A DNA stretch of 64,000 nt, taken from Promethearchaeota archaeon. GTDB lineage: Archaea; Asgardarchaeota; Lokiarchaeia; Sigyniarchaeales; SOKP01. The stretch's first letter is position 1. Every line of letters begins with the position of its first letter. The notes beneath the pieces were generated by a model. The model did no database searches. It had not been told where the DNA came from and saw only the letters and a list, made by a program, of their open reading frames with translations. Location of the stretch: positions 32,001 through 96,000 of the forward strand of contig JBHLOY010000002.1 in assembly GCA_048939995.1 (NCBI GenBank), in the 5' to 3' direction. This document shows, one piece after another, positions 1-9,681 of this stretch. The translations under genes were made by a program, and so were the position numbers.

Positions 1-110
1 TTGTAAAGTTCTGGGTCACTTTTTACATGGCCTTCATGATAATATTTCAGAATTTCTTCTTTGATTATCTTTTTTTCCATTTCTGCATTTCTATTTGGTA
101 AATTCTTCAT
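1..110 (-). CDS. 5' part of a gene running off the window edge; possibly NTF2/SnoaL-like protein
   Basis: ATG at 110 preceded by AGGTGA; open frame MKNLPNRNAEMEKKIIKEEILKYYHEGHVKSDPELY to the edge. Confidence 0.55.
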   Translation of the reverse strand, partial: MKNLPNRNAEMEKKIIKEEILKYYHEGHVKSDPELY

Positions 111-274
111 TATCTAGTTCACCTTAAAAATACAATTTGATTTTTAAATTCATTTAATTATTTTGCTAAATTTTACCTATTTTATATTACATTATAAGAG
201 AATTGGATGAATTTAATAAAATAATTGAAAATATAAAAAGCTTAATCTATTCCCCTTATCTATTCATTTATATT

Positions 275-1039
275 CTAAATTAGAACTAATCCTATTAAGG
301 ATGTAACAATAGATTTTACGCTTATTATAAGCAGAAAGCAAAAAATTGCTAATTGAAATAACCTTAGGGAAATTTTGGGGGTTATTCTATGTCCAAGTTT
401 AGTACCCATAAAAATTATTGGAAAAGCTAATAAAAATACAACAAGTAAATTGATTGGAAATATCCCTCCAAATATATAAAATGGAACTCTTGAGATAGAT
501 AATACAGTGCCGATTGCAGCAAAATTTCCAATAAAGTCCTCTTTATAATGCCCAGTTTTTTCTAATAAAACAACATTAAGAGGCCCTGCAGCACTGATTA
601 ATCCCGAAAGTAGACCATATGTAAATCCACCTAAGAAAATAATAGGAGAAGATGATTTTAAGTGTCGTTTAACTTCAAGTTGGCTTGCATTTTTGAGATA
701 AAGATTAATCTTATAAGAGGAATAAATTAACACAAAAACTCCGAACACTAATTCAATCCACTCTGTTCGAATATTAATAATCAAATAAGTCCCAAAAATT
801 GTAGCTGGAACTCCTAACGAAAGAAAGCGAAAAAAGTATGCATTATCCAAGTATTTGTGATACTTAACAAAGTTAATCAAAGCTGGGAATAATCCCCAAA
901 TGTTCACTAGAATTACCGATGCTTTAATTCCAATTATTGGACTTATAATCGGAATTAGGATCAAGGCATCTCCAAATCCAATAATTCCATATACCATACT
1001 TGAAAAAAAAATCGGAATTAGAAGTAAATATTCTAGCAT
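275..1039 (-). CDS. Sulfite exporter TauE/SafE family membrane protein
   Basis: Hydrophobic protein with G..GFG..LI..P repeat 1 and G.LSGL....GP repeat 2. Confidence 0.85.
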   Translation of the reverse strand: MLEYLLLIPIFFSSMVYGIIGFGDALILIPIISPIIGIKASVILVNIWGLFPALINFVKYHKYLDNAYFFRFLSLGVPATIFGTYLIINIRTEWIELVFGVFVLIYSSYKINLYLKNASQLEVKRHLKSSSPIIFLGGFTYGLLSGLISAAGPLNVVLLEKTGHYKEDFIGNFAAIGTVLSISRVPFYIFGGIFPINLLVVFLLAFPIIFMGTKLGHRITPKISLRLFQLAIFCFLLIISVKSIVTSLIGLVLI

Positions 1040-1153
1040 CTTAAAACGATATAATTTATGAACTCTCTATTCCCCTAAATTGACTTTTAAAATTTATTCA
1101 AAAATTTAAGTTTTTATTATTTCAAGATAATAGATAGTAGATAAATAAGAACT

Positions 1154-1897
1154 TTACAATTCATCTAATCTTTTTTGAATCGAGCGTTGTGTTTTACCAA
1201 ATAATAGTTTTTTGTTTTTTTCAATAAACTTCCAGCTAAATCCTTTAAGGCTGCTTAAGGGACCTTCAATTCCTTTGGGATTCCCAGTTCTTGTAAAAGT
1301 GACTTCAGTATGTTTGATAGCTTTAATAACTTGATGAGGTGTTTTAAATTGTTCAATTAAAGTTTTTGCTTTTTTCGGACCAATGTCAATAAAGCCCTCA
1401 ACGACGTAAGTTCTTCTCTCTTTGATACTCATTCCTTTTGGGGCCTTCCGGGCTAGCAAAGGAACCCCATCCTTGACTTGTTCTCTATATGCTATACGTT
1501 CTACAACTATTGCAGTGTCCTCTATATTTCTTGTAGGAATTAATGAAATCCCTAATTTGTATGATATAAAAGCAAGAGCTCCATATATAGAGGAAATATT
1601 CATTCCCACATTCTCGAAAACATTATCGTTTAGGCCTTCAATTATTAAAATAGGAGTAATGTAAGTTTCTTTTAACCTCCTCATCTGTTCGAATAAGCGA
1701 TTATCCATTATGGAAGATACGAAATCAAACCCTTCTTTTCTTTCTATTGCTACTTCATTAGAAACAACTATGTCTGCTATGTCCAATTGTTTAGTTTCAT
1801 ATGTTATTCGATCTTTTTTACCTTCCAATATACTTGCTAACTTTTGTTCTCGATTATCAAGAATAATGTGTGGTATTTTATTGTTCTGGAACATCAT
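1154..1897 (-). CDS. xpf: Short XPF/ERCC4 structure-specific endonuclease
   Basis: D.RE, D..V, IERK...DF..SI.D.RL..Q motifs and HhH GIG-like motif (DIGPKKAK). Confidence 0.9.
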   Translation of the reverse strand: MMFQNNKIPHIILDNREQKLASILEGKKDRITYETKQLDIADIVVSNEVAIERKEGFDFVSSIMDNRLFEQMRRLKETYITPILIIEGLNDNVFENVGMNISSIYGALAFISYKLGISLIPTRNIEDTAIVVERIAYREQVKDGVPLLARKAPKGMSIKERRTYVVEGFIDIGPKKAKTLIEQFKTPHQVIKAIKHTEVTFTRTGNPKGIEGPLSSLKGFSWKFIEKNKKLLFGKTQRSIQKRLDEL

Positions 1898-1925
1898 TTT
1901 TCAATTCTTTAGTTTAAGACAGAAA

Positions 1926-2438
1926 TCAATCGATATGTAATTCTTTTTGAGAATTTTTAAACAAAAAAGCTTTGAATTGTTTAAATCTAAATAATTTATT
2001 ATTTATAAAAATATAGCTTAAAATCGCTAATCCAATAACTTCGGTAATATAATTAATTGGCTGATTTAATAATTCAGTCAACCAAGAACGAAGTGGGTCA
2101 TCAATATAAGAAAATTGATAAGGGATTAATGGAAAGAATAAAGGTATATCAGGTAAATCTAGTAATAAATGGATAAAACTGCCCGCAAAATAAGAGATCG
2201 CAAGTAATTTGTTTTTCCTAGTCCCAAAAAATACCAATAGAGAGCTGACAAAGACGAAAAGAAGTGTATGGGAATACCCTCTTCCAGAACTGATTCCTAA
2301 AAACATAAGAGACTTGTCAATTACATCAGGAATTACTGATCCAATAATCAGAGTTAATCGATTAACCGCTAATCTTCTCTTAATTTGAGGTAATTCAAAA
2401 ATAAGTAATGGAATGGCTAAATGAAATAATGGAAAAAT
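1926..2438 (-). CDS. Membrane-bound metal-dependent hydrolase (YdjM-like), probably starting at ATT
   Basis: Frame extends 44 codons upstream of the track start (xFPLFHL...GSVIPDVIDK...RGYSHTL...HLLLD); GGAGG upstream of ATT 2436-2438. Confidence 0.75.
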   Translation of the reverse strand: MFPLFHLAIPLLIFELPQIKRRLAVNRLTLIIGSVIPDVIDKSLMFLGISSGRGYSHTLLFVFVSSLLVFFGTRKNKLLAISYFAGSFIHLLLDLPDIPLFFPLIPYQFSYIDDPLRSWLTELLNQPINYITEVIGLAILSYIFINNKLFRFKQFKAFLFKNSQKELHID

Positions 2439-2623
2439 AGAAATCCCTCCAGTACTAAAACCCGTACAAGAATCTAAAAAATAATATTATTTCTGGGAGG
2501 TAGAATATGATTATTGAAATTATAATAAACTCAATTGAAATTTTTAAAGCCCTTTTCATTAAGTAAGAGTATGAAATAATTTTTTGCTGTTCCTTGTCTG
2601 ACATGCTCATTCTTTAGTAAATT

Positions 2624-3424
2624 TTATTTAAATTTATATTCTTTTATAACTTCTTCTACTGTATAATTTTGATGGATAATCTTAGTTAAAGCACTGACCA
2701 ATTTAGTAGGATCATCTGATTGAAAGACATTTCTACCAAATGCTACTCCGATACCCCCCGCTTGAACTGATTCATAGGCAACTTGAAGTAAATCAACTAC
2801 GGTATCCATTTTTGGACCTCCAGCAATTAATACCGGAATAGGCACACTTTCAACAATATATTTAAATGAATCAATATCTCCTGTATAATTGGTTTTTACA
2901 ATATCTGCTCCTAATTCTGCTCCTACCCTAACAGCAATATTTACTACTTCGGGATCATTTTCATTTGTGATTTTTTGACCTCTAGGATACATCATAGCTA
3001 AAAGTGGCATACCCCACTCTCTTGCAGTTTGAATTACTTTCTGAGCATCTTGAAGCATTTGTGGCTCTTCATCCGCTCCAATATTTAGATGAATTGAAAC
3101 TGCATCAGCACCCATTTTTACTGCAGTTTCTACAGAGCATACTAACACTTTCCGATCTGGATGTGGCCCTAAGTTAGTAGCTCCAGACAAATGAACGATG
3201 AGTCCAATATCTTTCCCATATCTTCTATGACCTGCTTCAACCATACCTGAATGCATTAAAACTGCATTTGCTCCACCTAAAGCAACTTTTTCTACCATAC
3301 TAGCTAAATCTTCAAGCCCCTTTATAGTACCTAGGGTAAGGCCATGATCCAAGGGAATTATTATAGTTCTTTTTGTTTTTCTATCTATTATTCGTTCAAT
3401 TCTGATATTCTTTCCTACATTCAA
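2624..3424 (-). CDS. Class I DhnA-type aldolase / 2-amino-3,7-dideoxy-D-threo-hept-6-ulosonate synthase
   Basis: [32 protein letters not shown] motifs; TTG start. Confidence 0.9.
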   Translation of the reverse strand: MNVGKNIRIERIIDRKTKRTIIIPLDHGLTLGTIKGLEDLASMVEKVALGGANAVLMHSGMVEAGHRRYGKDIGLIVHLSGATNLGPHPDRKVLVCSVETAVKMGADAVSIHLNIGADEEPQMLQDAQKVIQTAREWGMPLLAMMYPRGQKITNENDPEVVNIAVRVGAELGADIVKTNYTGDIDSFKYIVESVPIPVLIAGGPKMDTVVDLLQVAYESVQAGGIGVAFGRNVFQSDDPTKLVSALTKIIHQNYTVEEVIKEYKFK

Positions 3425-3511
3425 TTATAAAGCACTTTTATTCTAAAAGTAAATTATTCATAATTAATGAGAATAAACATTTAAAATTATACAAATCAAA
3501 AAAGAAGTGAA

Positions 3512-5083
3512 TTACCAAGGTCTTCTGAGCGTAGTCATTCTACTCATTGTAGATTTATTAGGATAATCTAAATTATAATGAATCCCGCGACTTTCTTTTC
3601 TGGAGATTGCACTTACTATTATTATTTTTGCCACGGTTGCTAAATTTCTTAATTCAAGTAGGTCTCTTTCGATCTTAAAATCCCAATAGTATTGGTTAAT
3701 CTCATCAAGGAGCAAGTTGATCCTCTTTTTGGCACGTTGCAATCTTAAATCAGTTCGAACAATTCCAACATAGTTCCAGCAGAATCGGCGTATCTCATCC
3801 CAATTCTGGGTGATAACCACCGCTTCTGTGGAAGGAACAGCATGTCCGGGTTCCCATCCCTTAAATTCGTTAACTTTTAAATCGGTTACTTGTTTTGCAA
3901 GAGTCTTTGCACATTCATTGGCACATACTAGGCCTTCCAATAAAGAATTACTAGCTAATCGATTTGCTCCATGTAATCCTGTACAAGCAGATTCTCCAAT
4001 AATATATAAATTTTTAACTTTTGTAGATCCATCAAGTTTAGTTAATACACCTCCACAACAATAATGTGCTGCTGGAACCACTGGAATTGGCTCTTTAGTA
4101 ATATCTATATTGAAATCCTTACAAGCCTCATATACTCCAGGGAAATGACTTCTAATAAAATCAGGACTCTTATATGATGCAATATCTAAGTAAACATAAT
4201 CGTCCCCAGATCTTTTGAGCTCAGCATCTATTGCTCTTGACACAATGTCGCGGGGAGCTAATTCCTTTAAAGGATGATAATTCTGCATAAATGCATTTCC
4301 TTTCAAATCTTTAAGAACCGCTCCCTCGCCACGCATCGCCTCAGTAATTAGAAGTGACTTGGCAAAAGGGTGATATAAACATGTAGGATGAAACTGATAA
4401 AATTCCATATTTGCAATTATAGCACCAGCTCGATATGCCATAGCAATTCCATCTCCAGAGGCTACATCAGGGTTTGTAGTATATAGATAAATTTTACCTG
4501 CTCCACCAGTAGCTAAAACAGTTACCTTAGATGCAATATTATGAATCTCATCAGTATTTTGATCCAAGACATATAACCCATCGCATCTGAAGTTGTTTGA
4601 AAATAAGTTAATTCCAACCCAATATTCATTAATCTCAATATTATCATATTTTTTTACCTCTTCAATTAACTTCAGTGCTATGTTTTGACCTGTTAAATCA
4701 TTTACATGAAGTATTCTCCTTTCAGAATGTCCTCCTTCTTTTCCTAGATCATATCGTCCATTCTCATCTTGAGTAAATTCAATACCCAAATCCATTAATT
4801 CTCTTATTCTTTCTGGTGCTTGGGTAATTATCCTTCTGACAATATTTTCATCGCATAAACCATCTCCAGCTACTATTGTATCTTGAATATGTTTTTCAAA
4901 ATTATCATTCTCATTCCAAACACAAGCAATCCCCCCTTGTGCATAAAATGTATTAGATTCTTTCAAGCCTTCCTTCGTAATTATCAAAATATTCTGATCT
5001 GGTGCTAATTGTGCTAATTTGATTGCCAATGTTAACCCAGAGATTCCTCCTCCAACAATTAATATATCAGTTTTAAGCTTCAA
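3512..5083 (-). CDS. nadB: L-aspartate oxidase
   Basis: GGGISG FAD site, AQGGIA, EGGHS.RRILH, QFHPT, GLHGANRLASNSLLE. Confidence 0.95.
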   Translation of the reverse strand: MKLKTDILIVGGGISGLTLAIKLAQLAPDQNILIITKEGLKESNTFYAQGGIACVWNENDNFEKHIQDTIVAGDGLCDENIVRRIITQAPERIRELMDLGIEFTQDENGRYDLGKEGGHSERRILHVNDLTGQNIALKLIEEVKKYDNIEINEYWVGINLFSNNFRCDGLYVLDQNTDEIHNIASKVTVLATGGAGKIYLYTTNPDVASGDGIAMAYRAGAIIANMEFYQFHPTCLYHPFAKSLLITEAMRGEGAVLKDLKGNAFMQNYHPLKELAPRDIVSRAIDAELKRSGDDYVYLDIASYKSPDFIRSHFPGVYEACKDFNIDITKEPIPVVPAAHYCCGGVLTKLDGSTKVKNLYIIGESACTGLHGANRLASNSLLEGLVCANECAKTLAKQVTDLKVNEFKGWEPGHAVPSTEAVVITQNWDEIRRFCWNYVGIVRTDLRLQRAKKRINLLLDEINQYYWDFKIERDLLELRNLATVAKIIIVSAISRKESRGIHYNLDYPNKSTMSRMTTLRRPW

Positions 5084-5206
5084 AGAAATCTTTTTAATAA
5101 ATTCATAAAGAAATATTAAAATACCAAAATGAAATTAAAATTTTATATCTTTTTGAAAAAATCATCATAATTTTTTTTTAAATTGTTAAATTTGTCTAAA
5201 CAAATT

Positions 5207-5731
5207 ATGGGAAAAATAAAAAACGTACTCTTTGTCTGTAGTGGAAATAATAAATAATTACCCATAAATACTGCAAGGAGTCCAGCAGCAGAATATCTCT
5301 CGAAATGGTTAAAAGAAACAAAATTCAAAGAAGATTTAAAGGACGTTCATTTTAACTCTGCTGGTCTTTACAGTTATTATAAAACTCCCCAAGAAGGCAC
5401 ATCTCATTATCTTGAATCAAAAGGTATTGATTTCAGCGATTTTAGGGGAAAAGTGATTACTGAAGAATTAATCAAAAAGCAGGACTTAATCTTAGGTTTT
5501 GAAGAAAAATGGCATATTAGAAAATTGAAAAGAAGATTTAAAAATCTGAAAGAGTTAGATAAAAGAATTTTCTTGTTATTAGATTTTGCGGGAGAAAAAG
5601 GAGACCTTGAAATTCCAGATCCCATTAATTTTGAACCAGAAGAGTATAGAACAACAATTAAAAGAATTGAAAAAGCATTACCTAAAGTATTACAAAAGAT
5701 AATCGATATAAATAAGACTGATCTAAAATGA
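5207..5731 (+). CDS. Low-molecular-weight protein tyrosine phosphatase family protein interrupted by a 21-nt insert (candidate intron 5247..5267); 167 aa if spliced
   Basis: ATG 5207 MGKIKNVLFVCSGN[NK*LPIN]TARSPAAEY...SAG...DLILGFE...IPDP; the same frame stays open from 5258 to the stop at 5731. Confidence 0.85.
5247..5267 (+). other. Candidate bulge-helix-bulge/loop (BHB/BHL) intron in mRNA
   Basis: 4-bp central helix GUGG(5241-44)/CCAU(5262-65), AAA bulges at 5245-47 and 5266-68, inner UAAU/AUUA helix, outer exon stem; cutting after bulge nt 2 restores CSGNTARS. Confidence 0.65.
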
Positions 5732-6204
5732 AAAAAATCAGAAATATTATCTTCATCTGTTTAGGAAACACTGCTAGATCACCTACAGCAGAATTTTTAG
5801 CAAAATTCTATGCAAAAAAGTATGATATTAAGCTTAATATTGAAAGTGCAGGTTTTATGAATGCTTTCTCTTATATGCAACCAGGATCCCAAAAATATTT
5901 GAATGCTAAGGGTATAGATCATTCGGATTTCAAACCTAAGATTCTTAGCAAACCTTTACTTGAAAAACAAGATTTAATTTTAACAATGGAGCGGTCGCAA
6001 TCAATTGAAATAATTAGAAATTTTTCTTCTATCAGTAATATTAACGAAAAAGTCATGACTCTAAAGGAATTTAATGGGGACTTCTCTAATCGAGACATTA
6101 TGGATCCCTACTACACTAATTCTGATACTTACTTGAAAATATTAAAGATTATTGACATTAATATTGAAAATTTAATTCAAAAAATTAAAGAGAGAAATAA
6201 TTAA
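5728..6204 (+). CDS. Low-molecular-weight protein tyrosine phosphatase family protein (intact paralog)
   Basis: FICLGNTARSP P-loop, ESAG, DLILTME, DIMDPY. Confidence 0.9.
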   Translation: MKKIRNIIFICLGNTARSPTAEFLAKFYAKKYDIKLNIESAGFMNAFSYMQPGSQKYLNAKGIDHSDFKPKILSKPLLEKQDLILTMERSQSIEIIRNFSSISNINEKVMTLKEFNGDFSNRDIMDPYYTNSDTYLKILKIIDINIENLIQKIKERNN

Positions 6205-6216
6205 ACCTATTTATGC

Positions 6217-6825
6217 TTAATGCTTCTTAAAAAGATTCTTTTTAGATAAGAGGCTTAACTCAGAAATTAACCAGCATACTTCTTCATAAGTGGCAGATGA
6301 TTTTAGAATTTCTTCTGATTTTTTCTTGATCTGATTTTCAGTGATTTTACCTTTTTCTTTTATAATAGCTAGTTGTAGTTTAGCAAGTTCTCTACATAAT
6401 TCTTTATAATCTCGTTTTTTCTGTGTTAATTCATATGCTGCTAAATTGATTTCTGCAATTAGATCTGGTTCTAATCCCGCTTCAATAAGTTCTTTAGTAT
6501 CCTCTATTTCTAATTCTAATTCAGGGCGTACTTCAATTATTCCATTATTAGCCCCCTTAGATTTATAAGTATCCATAATTGCTAAAAATCCTCCAAATTC
6601 TTGATTTTGCTGAATCACTTGAATTTTTGCTGGGATACTTCTTTCTCTATTAAGCTTATTAGCCCTATTTAAACTCAAATCCTTTTTCTTTTTAGAAGCT
6701 TTTTGGCCTTGCCATATATAAATTATGTTTACTCCATCAATGAGATAGACTCTAGTACTATCATTAAAGTTCAATTTTGCAGTTTTTCTTAGAGAACCAT
6801 TCTCAGCAACGTTATAAAAAGGCAT
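6217..6825 (-). CDS. Gelsolin-domain protein with C-terminal helical domain (1DGelX-like)
   Basis: VYLID...IYIWQG.KAS...I.Q.QE...F gelsolin pattern; C-terminal Y.ELC..LA / YEEVCWLISE. Confidence 0.75.
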   Translation of the reverse strand: MPFYNVAENGSLRKTAKLNFNDSTRVYLIDGVNIIYIWQGQKASKKKKDLSLNRANKLNRERSIPAKIQVIQQNQEFGGFLAIMDTYKSKGANNGIIEVRPELELEIEDTKELIEAGLEPDLIAEINLAAYELTQKKRDYKELCRELAKLQLAIIKEKGKITENQIKKKSEEILKSSATYEEVCWLISELSLLSKKNLFKKH

Positions 6826-6905
6826 GTAATTTCGAATATCAGTTTTATAATATTATAATAAAAATAGCGGAACTTATTTTTAATTTTAAAGAAAAAAAAG
6901 ATATA

Positions 6906-8033
6906 TTACTCACACTTTTCTGGATTTAACTTACAAAAGTTAATAGATGAAACAATATCATCTTTACCAATCAGGCCTAAGATGTAATCTGCCCCATGTT
7001 CTTTTACAACAATCAATTCTGGCTTTTTATCTATTTTTAAAAATGTTTTCATTACATCACTTCCTAAATCATTGTCATAGATCATAGGAAAATCAGCAAT
7101 ATTTCTCATAATGTAACCAACAATCATCCTTGATCTTTCATTAATCGGAATTCTTTTTATATCATTAATATGAATAATACCCACAATCTGACTATTTTTC
7201 ACCACCGGAAAATATGACTTCTTATATAGCATGAAATAATGATCAATAGCTTCAGATATAGTTAGAGTAAAAGGTATTTCCATTCTCGGTAGACTTACCA
7301 TATCCTTTGCATTTAAATGTGAGAGTGCTTCTTGATTTACAACTTGAAGGTATGATTGTTTTGTTTGATTATTTAAAAAAGTTCCAATTATAATCATCCA
7401 AAACCCATTTAGAAGTCCAAAAAGTAATATTTGAATAAATCCGAAAGCCATAAGACCATAAGCAAAGAAAGTCCCTATCCTTGATGCTGTCTTTGTTGCA
7501 GAGATCAAATTCTTACGCCTCGCCCAGAGAAAAGCTCTTAGAATTCTACCACCATCGATAGGAAATGCAGGAAGTAAATTAAACAATCCCAAGCCAACGT
7601 TCGATACACCAGAATAGAATAAGGTTATAATAACTCCAACAGGAAAAGGTATTGGTATGGTGAAAAGTATTATAAGCAATAGACCTCCAAGTATTAAACT
7701 AGAAAGTGGTCCGACTGCAGATATTATTATTTCACTTTTAGGAGTTTTAGGTTCCTCTTCGATTTTTGAGGCTCCTCCAAATAAATACAGTTCAATCTCT
7801 TTAACTTTTAATCCATATTTCTGGGCTACTATAGAATGAGCCAGTTCGTGTAATAAAATAGAGCCTAGAATTATAACCCCATTTATAATTCCAACTAATA
7901 ATAAATCAATAAAAGATGCCATAGGAACTAGAGATGCATAAAAATTTGCTGCATAAAATCCAACTAAACCTATTATCAGTAGAGTGCTTAAATGTAATTT
8001 AATTTCTATTCCATAAATGGATCCAATCTTAAT
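6906..8033 (-). CDS. Site-2 (M50) metalloprotease with CBS domains, probably starting at ATT
   Basis: HELAH, FNLLPAFPIDGGR, CBS pair; frame extends to ATT 8031-8033 (xKIGSIYGIEIKLH), with AGGTGA upstream and an in-frame TAA directly before. Confidence 0.88.
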   Translation of the reverse strand: MKIGSIYGIEIKLHLSTLLIIGLVGFYAANFYASLVPMASFIDLLLVGIINGVIILGSILLHELAHSIVAQKYGLKVKEIELYLFGGASKIEEEPKTPKSEIIISAVGPLSSLILGGLLLIILFTIPIPFPVGVIITLFYSGVSNVGLGLFNLLPAFPIDGGRILRAFLWARRKNLISATKTASRIGTFFAYGLMAFGFIQILLFGLLNGFWMIIIGTFLNNQTKQSYLQVVNQEALSHLNAKDMVSLPRMEIPFTLTISEAIDHYFMLYKKSYFPVVKNSQIVGIIHINDIKRIPINERSRMIVGYIMRNIADFPMIYDNDLGSDVMKTFLKIDKKPELIVVKEHGADYILGLIGKDDIVSSINFCKLNPEKCE

Positions 8034-8352
8034 TTATATCACCTAAATTCATTTTTTTTAAATCTATTATTGTCCAAATCTTGATTTCTATTATTATCTT
8101 AAAAATTAGGTTATAAAATTCTCTTTATTATTGCTGAGAACTAATTTTCTCTTAATATTTATTAATAAAAACTTAATCTTCGATTAGTCTTTTAATTAAA
8201 AAGTCCATAATTACCATTTTTTTTCAAATGAATCTAATTATTTAAGAAATAGATCATCGAGGTGACTCTTAAGATAAAGAAAATGTTAAAAGTTATAAAA
8301 AAAACAAGATTTAATTATTTGTAAAAATCTTTATCTTAAAATATATCATAGG

Positions 8353-9546
8353 TTGAAATTAAAAATGGTTAAAAATATCTTAGTTTTAGGAGCTGGATTG
8401 ATGGGAAGTGGTATTGGACAAGTTGCTTTAATGGCAGGATACAATGTAACAATGGTAGATATTAACGATGAACTTGTAAATAAAGGATTTGCTCAGATTG
8501 AAGGAGGCTTAAAGAAACTTGAAACAAAAGGGGCTTTAGGAGAGGGAATAACTGCAAATGACATTTTGGCTCGGTGTAAGAAATCTATTGACCTTGCGTC
8601 TGCAGTTAAAGAAATAGATTTTGTAATTGAAGCCGTAATTGAGAAAATGGATATTAAAAAAAGTGTTGCTAAAGCCGTTATGGAAAATGGGCCATCTCAT
8701 ATTATTTTTGCATCAAACACTTCTACGATGAGTATAACAGAAATAGGAAAGGATTGTGGAGCTCCCGATCGTGTTTGTGGAATGCATTTCTTCAATCCTG
8801 TACCTCTAATGCGATGCGTGGAAGTTATAAGAGGTAAAGATACTTCAGATGGGACTTTTAATATCGCTATGGAGGTTGCTGGTAAATTACCATGTCTTAG
8901 AGGTCAAAGGTATATTGCCCCTGTATTGAAGGATAGACCCGGTTTCATTGTAAATCGAATGAATGCACCGGTTCAAATTTATCTGAATTGGGCTTTTGAT
9001 GAAGCTAAAAAGAATAATATTGCTTGGGAACGTCTAGATGCCGATGCTGGTGGAAAAATGCCTATGCCACCTTGTGTTTTGACAGATTTTGTCGGCCTCG
9101 ACACTACTTTTCATGTAATGAATTACTATAAAGAAACTTTATCTCCCGATTTTGAACCAGGAATAGTAATTAATGAATTGGTAGAAAGCGGTAATTTAGG
9201 CCAGAAAACTGGAAAAGGATTCTACGATTGGAGTCAAGGAAGAGAAGCAATTATGGCTAAGATAAAAGTTGCTGAACCAGCAAGTCTTTTTGACTTAAAT
9301 ACGGTTTTTGCTATAATGTTGAATGAAGGATGTCGTATCTTAGATGAGGGTATTGCTAGTGGATTTAAAATTATTGATGATGCAAATATGGCTGGTATGA
9401 ATGCCCCAGGACCCTTTGGAGCTGGGAAGAAGAACTATGAAGAATGGACCAAAGTCTTGAACAATTTAGCAGACAAAACTGGTAAAGACTATTTCAGACC
9501 AATAGATTTGATGAAATCAGGAGAATTCTCTAAAATGAGGAAGTAA
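8353..9546 (+). CDS. 3-hydroxyacyl-CoA dehydrogenase
   Basis: GAGLMGSGI, EAVIE, ASNTS, GMHFFNP, PGFIVNR; likely start ATG 8365. Confidence 0.93.
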   Translation: MKLKMVKNILVLGAGLMGSGIGQVALMAGYNVTMVDINDELVNKGFAQIEGGLKKLETKGALGEGITANDILARCKKSIDLASAVKEIDFVIEAVIEKMDIKKSVAKAVMENGPSHIIFASNTSTMSITEIGKDCGAPDRVCGMHFFNPVPLMRCVEVIRGKDTSDGTFNIAMEVAGKLPCLRGQRYIAPVLKDRPGFIVNRMNAPVQIYLNWAFDEAKKNNIAWERLDADAGGKMPMPPCVLTDFVGLDTTFHVMNYYKETLSPDFEPGIVINELVESGNLGQKTGKGFYDWSQGREAIMAKIKVAEPASLFDLNTVFAIMLNEGCRILDEGIASGFKIIDDANMAGMNAPGPFGAGKKNYEEWTKVLNNLADKTGKDYFRPIDLMKSGEFSKMRK

Positions 9547-9681
9547 ATTAATTCTATCTTTTTTTTATTCATTTTTATCGAAATTTTCTTAAAATTTGAA
9601 AGTTTTTAATTTTAAAAATTATTTAACTACTTGCTTAAAATTGTTTAAAATTAAATTAAAAATGGTAAAGAGGTTAGAAGA

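Noticed and set aside
5255-5257. Stop-codon readthrough (Sec/Pyl) in the phosphatase
   Set aside because: The stop is TAA, and readthrough would leave seven extra residues inside the CX5R loop
5453-5731. 92-aa ORF as a complete gene
   Set aside because: Lacks the P-loop; it is the 3' part of the interrupted phosphatase starting at 5207
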